From a bacterium (lineage in GTDB: Bacteria; Margulisbacteria; Marinamargulisbacteria; SXXA01), in contig CANIAP010000004.1 in NCBI GenBank assembly GCA_947465765.1, positions 25,613-89,612 of the forward strand: a DNA stretch of 64,000 bases. Reading direction: 5' to 3'. Positions 54,236-64,000 of the stretch are shown here, in pieces. A program made the translations under genes and the position numbers. The notes under the pieces were generated by a model, which saw only the letters and a list, made by a program, of their open reading frames with translations, did not search any database and was not told the DNA's origin. Position 1 is the stretch's first letter; each line of letters starts with the position of its first letter.

Positions 54236-55105
54236 ATGGCTAAATCATTTCAAGAAATTATTCTGACCCTCCAGCAATTTTGGAGCGACAACGGCTGCCT
54301 CATTTTGCAGCCGTATGACACCGAAAAAGGGGCCGGGACCATGAGCCCCCATACGTTTTTACGGGTGTTAGGCCCTGCCCCGTGGAACGTCGCGTATGTG
54401 GAGCCTTCACGCCGCCCAACGGACGGCCGTTACGCCGAAAACCCCAATCGACTTCAACATTATTTTCAATTCCAGGTTATTCTCAAACCGTCCCCATTAG
54501 AGGTCCAAGATCTCTACATTGCCAGCCTGGAAGCCCTCGGGATTTCCCGCCACGACCATGACATCCGGTTCGTTGAGGATAACTGGGAAAGTCCCACCCT
54601 CGGCGCATGGGGCGTGGGCTGGGAAGTCTGGCTGGATGGAATGGAAGTCACCCAATTTACCTATTTTCAACAATGCGGCGGAATCGACCTCTCCCCGATA
54701 TCCGTGGAAGTCACCTACGGACTTGAGCGGCTGGCCATGTTCATCCAACAAAAATCCAACGTCTATGATCTCATCTGGCAGGAAAGCCGAACCGGAACCG
54801 TGACTTATGGCGACATCTACAAAAGATCCGAAATTGAATACTGTCACCACAATTTTACCCATGCCTCCGTCGAACGGTTGTTTGCGATGTTCGACACCTA
54901 CGAAGCCGAATGTCGGGATTTGATCACAAAAAATCTGGTTTCTCCGGCTTATGACTACTGTTTAAAATGCTCCCACACGTTTAATCTTCTGGATGCCCGT
55001 GGTGCAATCTCAGTCACAGAACGAATGACGTATATCCTGAGAATTCGAAAATTGGCAAAGGCCTGCGCGGAACGGTATTTGGCGCCGGAGGAAGGGCAAT
55101 CATGA
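54236..55105 (+). CDS. glyQ: glycine--tRNA ligase alpha subunit
   Basis: [77 protein letters not shown]. Confidence 0.95.
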   Translation: MAKSFQEIILTLQQFWSDNGCLILQPYDTEKGAGTMSPHTFLRVLGPAPWNVAYVEPSRRPTDGRYAENPNRLQHYFQFQVILKPSPLEVQDLYIASLEALGISRHDHDIRFVEDNWESPTLGAWGVGWEVWLDGMEVTQFTYFQQCGGIDLSPISVEVTYGLERLAMFIQQKSNVYDLIWQESRTGTVTYGDIYKRSEIEYCHHNFTHASVERLFAMFDTYEAECRDLITKNLVSPAYDYCLKCSHTFNLLDARGAISVTERMTYILRIRKLAKACAERYLAPEEGQS

Positions 55106-57099
55106 CCACCTATCTCCTCGAAATCGGGCTAGAAGAAGTCCCTGCACGATTTATGCCCGGAATTTTATCCGATCTTAAAACCCGTTGGGAAACGGCTTTG
55201 GGCACTCACCGAATTGATTTTACCTCGGTCGAAACAACGGGAACGTATCGCAGACTAACGACGATCATAGACGAAATAGCACTGGCATCTCGCCCTGATC
55301 GAACCCGAATCCGTGGCCCGATTACCAGCATCGCTATTGGTCCCGACGGATCGTTGACCCCCGCTGGTAACGGGTTTCTAAAGAAAAACAACCTCACTAC
55401 CTACGCCATCGAAACCGAAGGTGGCAAAGAAAACATTGTCGGATATATCGATCTCCCTGCACAAAACACCATTGAGATTTTAGGCAAAATTGCGACGGAG
55501 GTTAGTTTGGGCATCTCTCTACCCATCGCCATGACATGGGGGATTGGAATCGGTCCGTTTATTCGACCCATTCATTGGATTTTGAGCTTACTCGATTCAA
55601 CCCACATCCCTGTTCAACTATTTGATATCCATTCAGGCACCACCACTCGGGGGCATCGATTTTTAGGAATACAAGACCCATTGGCCGTCCCCACAGCCAA
55701 AGACTACATCGATACATTACGACAGTCCTCCGTCACCGTGACTCATACAGAACGCCATGATTACATCGTCTCCCAACTCCAAATCATCATGGGCCCCAAT
55801 GGCGAATGGGGTGCCGATCTGGTCGAAGAAGTTACCTTCCTCACCGAATATCCAATCGCACTCGTCGGAGAGATTGATCCGATCTACATGAACCTCCCGC
55901 AAGAAGCCATCATCGAGTGTATTCAAAAAAACCAAAAATATTTCCCCGTGATTCAAGAAGGCAAATTGACATCCCGATACATTGTCATCGCAGATTCTGT
56001 TTCAGACGCAAATAAAGCCACCATCCTCCACGGCAATCATTCGGTTATTCGTGCCCGGTTGGAAGACGTCAGATATTTCTGGGAAGAAGATCTCAAAAGT
56101 CCATTGGCCGCCAATTTAGATAAACTGAAATCCATCGTTTACCAAAAAGGTCTCGGATCCGTCTGGGACAAAACCCAACGAATCATGGTCATTGCAAAAG
56201 AAATAGCCACATTAATCGATTGCAAAGATACCCACTCCGTCACTCGTGGAGCGGCGCTTTGCAAAGCAGACTTGGTCAGCCAAATGGTATTGGAAATGCC
56301 CACACTCCAAGGTGTCATGGGCGGGATTTATGCTCAAAAAAGTGGCGAATCCGCAGCTGTAGCCGATGCGATCTCCTCAGTGTATAAGCCCGAAATAAAC
56401 ACAGAAAATGCGGTCAGTACCGCCGTCGCGATGGCCGATCGCCTCGATACGGTCGTGAGTTGCTTCGCCAACGGGCTCGTCCCAACCGGTTCCCAAGATC
56501 CTTGGGGCGTCCGCCGTGCCGCATTGGCCGTCGTCCGAGCCGCCAGAGACCTGAGGCTGACAATATCGCTGTCTGACTTGGTTCGTATTGGATATTCCGC
56601 GCTCGATAAACCCGACAATCCAAACCAAACAAAATGCATCGATTTCATGACGGACCGCCTTAAGTATGTATTGGAAACCGACGGTGCAATGAATGACTTA
56701 GTCCTTTGCGTTTTAGAGTCCGCCACCCCAACCATTGATAATATTCTGACATTCTTAACCCAACTCGAAGCCAATAAATCCACACCAGAATTTAAAGTGA
56801 TTGTCGAAACCGCGATCCGTATTAAACGCCTGGGCACTGCCGCAACGACCGACTTCAATCCGACACTACTAACCTCGGAAGAACATGAAATTATTAGCCC
56901 ATTGCTTCCATTTTTAGAAATCGAGATCGTTGACCTCGATCAACTGATTCCGGTCGCCGAAATCATGCCCCGCTATTTCGACAAAATTCTAGTGATGGAC
57001 TTAGATATGACCATTCGCAACAATCGACTCGGGCTTTTAAGAAATTTGAATATAAAATTCGCAAAAATCGGAAACTTTGAGCGTATACTACTTATTTAG
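55102..57099 (+). CDS. glyS: glycine--tRNA ligase beta subunit
   Basis: [15 protein letters not shown]-terminus, length 665 aa. Overlaps the glyQ stop (ATGA). Confidence 0.9.
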   Translation: MTTYLLEIGLEEVPARFMPGILSDLKTRWETALGTHRIDFTSVETTGTYRRLTTIIDEIALASRPDRTRIRGPITSIAIGPDGSLTPAGNGFLKKNNLTTYAIETEGGKENIVGYIDLPAQNTIEILGKIATEVSLGISLPIAMTWGIGIGPFIRPIHWILSLLDSTHIPVQLFDIHSGTTTRGHRFLGIQDPLAVPTAKDYIDTLRQSSVTVTHTERHDYIVSQLQIIMGPNGEWGADLVEEVTFLTEYPIALVGEIDPIYMNLPQEAIIECIQKNQKYFPVIQEGKLTSRYIVIADSVSDANKATILHGNHSVIRARLEDVRYFWEEDLKSPLAANLDKLKSIVYQKGLGSVWDKTQRIMVIAKEIATLIDCKDTHSVTRGAALCKADLVSQMVLEMPTLQGVMGGIYAQKSGESAAVADAISSVYKPEINTENAVSTAVAMADRLDTVVSCFANGLVPTGSQDPWGVRRAALAVVRAARDLRLTISLSDLVRIGYSALDKPDNPNQTKCIDFMTDRLKYVLETDGAMNDLVLCVLESATPTIDNILTFLTQLEANKSTPEFKVIVETAIRIKRLGTAATTDFNPTLLTSEEHEIISPLLPFLEIEIVDLDQLIPVAEIMPRYFDKILVMDLDMTIRNNRLGLLRNLNIKFAKIGNFERILLI

Positions 57100-58854
<1,755 letters not shown>

Positions 58855-58903
58855 ATAGGTACGGGATAGTGTACCCGAAATTTCATCAACGACTGAGGCA
58901 ACT

Positions 58904-60121
58904 ATGACCGTACTTGTTCAAAAATTTGGTGGCAGTTCTCTAGGCTCTACCGAACGGATTCGGGCCGTCGCCAGTCGCGTTATCGAATCAAAGCTAAAAC
59001 ATCAGGATATCGTCGTCGTTGTATCGGCAATGGGAGACACCACCGACGATCTCATCAAATTGGCCAGAGAAGTGTCTGACCATCCATCGCCGCGTGAATA
59101 TGACGCACTGATATCAACGGGCGAGAATATTGCCGCCGCCTTGGTTGCAATGGCGATCGAAGCGCAGGGCGTTCCCGCGGTTTCTCTCACGGGTCCCCAA
59201 GCTGGGATCTATACTGAGAACCTTTACTCTAAAGCCAAAATCACAAAAGTGGACCCCTCCCGAATCATGTCAGAACTGGATGCGGGTAAGGTCGTCGTTG
59301 TCACCGGTTTTCAAGGGATCAACGATCTTAACGATGTAACGACCATCGGACGCGGCGGCTCAGATACTTCCGCAGTAGTCCTTGCCGCAACATTGGGCGC
59401 ACCCGTCTGCGAAATCTATACCGACGTCGATGGGGTTTACACCACCGACCCCAGAATTGTTCCTGAAGCTTGCAAATTGGAAGAGATCTCCTATGACGAG
59501 ATGCTGGAACTCGCCTCTCTCGGAGCCAAAGTACTTCACCCCCGTTCGGTGGAGTGCGCGAAAGAAAATCGTGTTCAAATTCATGTGCGATCATCGTTCA
59601 AGCCCGACACAGGCACAATAGTAAAGGAGGACAGTCAAATGGAAGTGAATCGTCCCGTCACCGGAGCCACACTTAACGAAGAAGAAGCCTTGATCACCAT
59701 TCAGAAACTACAGGATCGTCCCGGAGTTGCCGGACAGGTATTTACCCGACTGGCGGAATCATCGATTAACGTCGACATGATCATCCAGAGCGCTGAAGAA
59801 GATCAGGTGAATGACATCACATTTACCGTCCACCAAAATGACCTCAAGGCGGCCACGCTTATTTCGCAAGAAGTGGCCCGAGACCTCGGCGCAAAAGCCG
59901 TCAAGTTTGATGAGTCCATTGCGAAAGTATCCATTGTCGGCGTCGGAATGATTTCAAAGCCAGGAATCGCCGCAAAGATGTTTCGGGTTTTGGCCGAAAA
60001 TTCAATCAATATCAAGCTAATTTCAACATCAGAAATCAAAATATCGTGTGCCATTGACCAAAAAGATGCACGCCGCGCGCTCCGACTGCTCCATCACGCA
60101 TTCGAACTCGACAAACACTAG
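58904..60121 (+). CDS. lysC: aspartate kinase (with two ACT domains)
   Basis: VQKFGGSSLGS, VVVVSAMGDTTD, GRGGSDTSAV, C-terminal ACT repeats. Confidence 0.9.
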   Translation: MTVLVQKFGGSSLGSTERIRAVASRVIESKLKHQDIVVVVSAMGDTTDDLIKLAREVSDHPSPREYDALISTGENIAAALVAMAIEAQGVPAVSLTGPQAGIYTENLYSKAKITKVDPSRIMSELDAGKVVVVTGFQGINDLNDVTTIGRGGSDTSAVVLAATLGAPVCEIYTDVDGVYTTDPRIVPEACKLEEISYDEMLELASLGAKVLHPRSVECAKENRVQIHVRSSFKPDTGTIVKEDSQMEVNRPVTGATLNEEEALITIQKLQDRPGVAGQVFTRLAESSINVDMIIQSAEEDQVNDITFTVHQNDLKAATLISQEVARDLGAKAVKFDESIAKVSIVGVGMISKPGIAAKMFRVLAENSINIKLISTSEIKISCAIDQKDARRALRLLHHAFELDKH

Positions 60122-60124
60122 GCA

Positions 60125-60724
60125 GTGCCACAAGGAACCATTTGGCTGATTTGGGTGGCGCTCTTTGTGGGCGCCTCTGTACCACTCAATCGGCTGTTAC
60201 CTTGGATCGCCGGTTCACTTCAGGAATTAGATTCCACTCTCGATAAACCCCGATCAAAGGCAATCCGAGGCTGGTCCCCGATAGTATCCGGATGGGTCAT
60301 TGTGTTGTCGGTATTTAAAGGATGGCTCGCGTGGACCATTGCGAGTGGTTATGGAATGCCAGATTGGGCACAAGCCACCACGTTAGCGGTGGTTATCGTC
60401 GGCCACAGTTGGACCATTTTTTCGGACGATCACCCCACCCCATTCTGGGTGCTTATTGGCGTCTTTTTGGCGATGTCTCCCCCACTGATGCTTTTGTTTT
60501 TGGGGGCCTTCGGACTGACCTCATTGCTTCTGAATCTGCCGCATTTAGCAATCGTCTTATCGGTCGCTATCACCGCGTACAGCGCAATGTCAGCGGGAAC
60601 CTTACCGTCAATCGGATTGCCAGTGATTATCGGCATTACCCTGCTTACGGTTACCCCTAAAATTGCAGAGATGTTTGATGACCTTCCCCCAACGTTATGG
60701 GGACTTTTCGTTAAGCGCCGGTAG
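60125..60724 (+). CDS. polytopic membrane protein, PlsY-like topology but lacking PlsY catalytic motifs
   Basis: GTG start 3 nt after the lysC stop. About 6 TM helices. VFKGWL and VGHSWTIF align with PlsY (DvLKG / LGHiwPvF), but the GSGNxGATN and GGKGVAT motifs are absent. Confidence 0.4.
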   Translation: MPQGTIWLIWVALFVGASVPLNRLLPWIAGSLQELDSTLDKPRSKAIRGWSPIVSGWVIVLSVFKGWLAWTIASGYGMPDWAQATTLAVVIVGHSWTIFSDDHPTPFWVLIGVFLAMSPPLMLLFLGAFGLTSLLLNLPHLAIVLSVAITAYSAMSAGTLPSIGLPVIIGITLLTVTPKIAEMFDDLPPTLWGLFVKRR

Positions 60725-60761
60725 CCTTTTTTTTACGACTTAAATGGTTACTAAAGGCCAC

Positions 60762-62117
60762 TTAGGTTACTTTTTTCCATCGATAATCGGTCTTGGTATC
60801 TTCCACCAGGATATGAAAGCGTTCCAACAATTCAATCCGTACCCGATCCGCCGTTGCAAAATCGCGATTCTGTTTGGCGCCCCAACGGATACTCATCATT
60901 TCCACCGCTTCCTGGGGGATACTTTCCTCTATTACCGTTGATTCCAACCCCAGAATTCCCATCAATGCCCCCAACGCACCCGACGATACTTCTGACGTAT
61001 TAATCAGACGGCTTAAATCAAATAAGACCCCAATCGCTTCAGAAAAATTAAAATCATCACTGATCGCCTGCCAAAATCGAGTTTTTAACGCCTCAATCGA
61101 ATTCAAGGCCACGCCAAACGCCTCGGGATGATCCCGGTGGATGTTGACCGTATTGACCAGCTTATCTAAGGCAACCTTGGCCTCTTTCACTCCATCAAGG
61201 GAATAATGAAGCGGGGTGCGATAATGGGATCTCAATAAAAAAAATCGAAGGGCCTGTCCGCTTACTTGGGATAGGACATCCCGAATGGTAAAAAAGTTAC
61301 CCACCGATTTCGACATTTTTTCGTTGTCGATTGTGACAAATCCATTATGGACCCAGTATCGAACGAAGGGTTTGTGGGTCACGGCTTCCGACTGGCAAAT
61401 CTCATTTTCGTGGTGAGGAAAAATCAAGTCCTCGCCCCCGGCGTGAATATCGATGGTTTCCCCGAGTTCCTGGCGAGCCATCGCCGAACATTCGATGTGC
61501 CACCCCGGCCGGCCGGGTCCCCAAGGACTCTCCCAGGTGGGTTCGCCCGGTTTCGCAGACTTCCACAACACAAAATCGCTTGAATGCCGTTTTCCATCCA
61601 TAAGGTCGGCCCGAACCCCGGCAATGAGATCATCTCTTTTTTTCCGGGACAACCGCCCATACCCCTCAAAGGAATCGACGGAATACCAAACATCCCCGGT
61701 ATCCGCCACGTAGGCATGGCCCGACGCCACCAAGGATTCAATCATTTCGATCATGTGAGGGAGATACTCCGTCGCGCGAGGATAACAATCCGCAACCGCC
61801 ACACCCAACTGCCCCATATCCTCCATATAGGCATCAACAAAGCGCTGAGTTAGCGTGTGATATTCAATTCCGGCGTCCGCTGAGCGCTGAATAATCTTGT
61901 CATCAATATCTGTAAAGTTTTGAACATACCGAACCGAATATCCTGCCGCAGTAAGGACCCGACGCATCGTATCGGTCGTGACATAGACCCGTGCATGGCC
62001 AATATGACAATAGTCATACACCGTAACGCCACAGGTATAAAAGGAAACCTGTCCCGGTACCAACGGATCAAATCGTCGCTTTTGGCGGGTAAGGGTGTCG
62101 TAAATGAGGAGTTCCAT
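60762..62117 (-). CDS. cysS: cysteine--tRNA ligase
   Basis: CGVTVYDYCHIGHAR (HIGH) and KMSKSVGNF (KMSKS). Confidence 0.95.
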   Translation of the reverse strand: MELLIYDTLTRQKRRFDPLVPGQVSFYTCGVTVYDYCHIGHARVYVTTDTMRRVLTAAGYSVRYVQNFTDIDDKIIQRSADAGIEYHTLTQRFVDAYMEDMGQLGVAVADCYPRATEYLPHMIEMIESLVASGHAYVADTGDVWYSVDSFEGYGRLSRKKRDDLIAGVRADLMDGKRHSSDFVLWKSAKPGEPTWESPWGPGRPGWHIECSAMARQELGETIDIHAGGEDLIFPHHENEICQSEAVTHKPFVRYWVHNGFVTIDNEKMSKSVGNFFTIRDVLSQVSGQALRFFLLRSHYRTPLHYSLDGVKEAKVALDKLVNTVNIHRDHPEAFGVALNSIEALKTRFWQAISDDFNFSEAIGVLFDLSRLINTSEVSSGALGALMGILGLESTVIEESIPQEAVEMMSIRWGAKQNRDFATADRVRIELLERFHILVEDTKTDYRWKKVT

Positions 62118-62917
62118 TAGTAACTGTTCTCCGGACCTGGAAATTGACCCGTTTCGATATCTTGGCGATACCGAGTTAATGCGCCGGTAATGACGGTCCG
62201 AAGATCGGCGTATCGTTTTACGAATTTAGGGGAACTTTCGGTCAATCCCACCAAATCATGAAATACCAATATCTGCCCGTCACAATCGGGGCCCGCACCA
62301 ATCCCTATTGTAGGAATCGACACCGCCGCTCGAATCCGACTAGCCACTGCGGGAGGAACCATTTCTAATACCACCGAAAAGGCCCCGGCCTGCGCCACTT
62401 TTTCAGCAAGCTCCACAAGCGCGGTCGCATCGACATCTGTTTTACCTTGGACCTTATATCCGCCCAATTGAAACATCGTTTGAGGTGTAAATCCGATATG
62501 GGCCATGACGGGAATCCCCATATCAACGATCGCCCGAAGCGTATCAATCTGTGACGGGAGAATTTCAAGTTTTACGGCGGCTACGCCCGCTTCTTTAACC
62601 AGTCGCCCCGCGTTTTTCCGTGCTTGGGCGATCGATTTCTGGTAGCTCATAAACGGCATATCTGCCACAACCAACGCGCGCCGACTGCCCCGAACCACCG
62701 CTTGGCTATGATAAACAATCTGATCCATCGTTACCGGCAAGGTCGTTGAGTAGCCCGCCACCACATTGCCACAGGAATCCCCAACCAACAAAATATCGAT
62801 ATGGGCATCATCCGCAAGTTGGGCGGAGAGAACATCGTAAGCTGTCACCGCCGAAATCGGAGAATGCGTCTGTTTCTTTTTTACAATATCCAATGGTAAT
62901 AAGCGTGAGAATTTCAT
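62117..62917 (-). CDS. panB: 3-methyl-2-oxobutanoate hydroxymethyltransferase
   Basis: ISAVTAYD, LVGDSCGNVV, VKLE, GHIGFTPQ. ATG 62917 overlaps the cdaA stop (ATGA). Confidence 0.9.
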   Translation of the reverse strand: MKFSRLLPLDIVKKKQTHSPISAVTAYDVLSAQLADDAHIDILLVGDSCGNVVAGYSTTLPVTMDQIVYHSQAVVRGSRRALVVADMPFMSYQKSIAQARKNAGRLVKEAGVAAVKLEILPSQIDTLRAIVDMGIPVMAHIGFTPQTMFQLGGYKVQGKTDVDATALVELAEKVAQAGAFSVVLEMVPPAVASRIRAAVSIPTIGIGAGPDCDGQILVFHDLVGLTESSPKFVKRYADLRTVITGALTRYRQDIETGQFPGPENSY

Positions 62918-63756
62918 GAGGGTCGTTTTCCGAACCACGGTAAAAAATCAAACAGACTGGAGGCTCCGGGTTGTTCTTCCCGATACAAATCAAACAATCG
63001 GGCTTCCAGAGCTTCTCGGGTTAAATACCGGGTCAAGCTTCCCCCTTCAGCCAACGAAATGGTCCCCGTTTCCTCCGACACGACAATCACGACAGCATCC
63101 GATATTTCAGACATCCCCAGTGCCGCGCGATGCCGAGTCCCCAACCGCCGATCCTGAATCGTCGAATCGCTCAGAGGCAACAAACATCCTGCCGCCGCAA
63201 TTTCTTGATCCCGAATGATAACCGCGCCATCGTGAGTCGGTGATTTGGACCAAAACAAGGCCGCCAATAATTCCGTCGAAATGGTCGCATTGACCTCAAT
63301 TCCAGATCGGATATATTCGCTTAAGTTGGCCCCGGTTTCTATTACGATCAAGGCGCCCACTTTCTCCTTCGACAACAATTCCACCGACCGAAGGATATGT
63401 TTGATCACCGCAATTCCCTGAGAGCTCCCCTCCAACACAAATGGGGAGAATAATTTCCCCGATCCAATTCGCTCTAAAAATCGCCGCAGTTCCGGCTGGA
63501 AAATAACAATCACCAAGACCACCAAAATCGTCGCAAATTTTTCAAGCAGCCAATTCAGAGTCGCCAAGCCCAACACGTGACTCCCGACATACACGACGAG
63601 AATAACCAATAATCCGCGCACCAAACTTTCAACGTGGGTATCCATAATCCACACCATCATCCGGTACACCATCGTGTAGACGATCAGAAAATCAACGGCA
63701 ATGGCAATCCAACTATAGGTCGATAAACTGGGCAGTAGGGATTCGAGTAACTGCAT
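62914..63756 (-). CDS. cdaA: diadenylate cyclase CdaA (DisA_N domain, 3 N-terminal TM helices)
   Basis: GALIVIE, HDGAVIIRD, LGTRHRAALGMSEISDAVVIVVSEETGTISLA. Confidence 0.9.
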   Translation of the reverse strand: MQLLESLLPSLSTYSWIAIAVDFLIVYTMVYRMMVWIMDTHVESLVRGLLVILVVYVGSHVLGLATLNWLLEKFATILVVLVIVIFQPELRRFLERIGSGKLFSPFVLEGSSQGIAVIKHILRSVELLSKEKVGALIVIETGANLSEYIRSGIEVNATISTELLAALFWSKSPTHDGAVIIRDQEIAAAGCLLPLSDSTIQDRRLGTRHRAALGMSEISDAVVIVVSEETGTISLAEGGSLTRYLTREALEARLFDLYREEQPGASSLFDFLPWFGKRPS

Positions 63757-64000
63757 CTAATAGCGGTCGTTTCGAATCAAATCATCCAAGGTCTCTCGCT
63801 CAACCCACACCCGGGACTGGCCACTTTTGACGACTACCATCGCGGGACGGGGCGCCCGATTGTAATTGGATGACATCGCATAATTATAGGCCCCGGTATC
63901 AAATACGATGACGACATCACCGACTTCGGCTTCAGGCAATGTCACGCTATGGGTCAGGACATCCCCAGACTCACAAAATTTACCGGCCACAGCGTAGGTC
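63757..64000 (-). CDS. lysA: diaminopimelate decarboxylase, C-terminal fragment (5' end outside the window)
   Basis: ...GKFCESGDVL...VFDTGAYNYAMSSNYNRAPRPAMVVV... The frame is open to the window edge. Confidence 0.85.
   Translation of the reverse strand, partial: TYAVAGKFCESGDVLTHSVTLPEAEVGDVVIVFDTGAYNYAMSSNYNRAPRPAMVVVKSGQSRVWVERETLDDLIRNDRY

Overview
Bacterial chromosomal segment with about 55 protein-coding genes. TAA, TAG and TGA all act as stops. I found no rRNA, tRNA, CRISPR array, transposase or integrase. All family calls rest on motifs I recognised by eye in the supplied translations; no database search was run.

Most of the window is housekeeping:
- ftsZ, leuCD, a GT9 heptosyltransferase-family gene, trmH, and a HEAT-repeat gene, radA and clpC on the minus strand
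- dapF-dapL-csaB
- a long plus-strand run: yggS-sepF-mazG-rseP-tkt-ftsEX-PPIase-rpmE-prfA-prmC-mreB-(GspE-like ATPase)-tsaC-(lipoate-ligase family)-(fused PgsA/PssA)
- glyQS, pyrG, lysC, cysS, panB, cdaA, and a lysA fragment

The gene content suggests a diderm with Terrabacteria-like division and signalling genes: a GT9 enzyme, an OM beta-barrel and a T9SS-type C-terminal domain alongside SepF, CdaA, clpC-radA synteny, CsaB and the DapL route. I cannot place the lineage.

Three regions are not ordinary:
1. 10979-18478 (minus strand): eight tightly packed genes. None has a signal peptide or TM helix. The only one I can assign is a flagellar rod/hook (FlgE/F/G) homologue at the downstream end. 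The array opens with a separately terminated 88-aa helical-hairpin protein and two tandem ~110-aa paralogues. I read it as a candidate divergent set of type-III-exported axial or filament proteins.
2. 21780-36702 (minus strand): a three-gene operon encoding a small protein with a T9SS/FlgD-Ig-like C-terminal domain, a PorV/UPF0164-like OM beta-barrel, and a 4448-aa tail-fibre-like fibril protein built from large super-repeats. It is convergent with csaB. The fibril protein shares a short SLH-reminiscent motif with the 815-aa protein of island 1.
3. 51929-54162: two tandem paralogues whose OTU-like cysteine-protease motifs occur in permuted order (His block before Cys block). Both have effector-like Ser/Pro/Gln-rich N-termini and an identical 32-nt mRNA leader.
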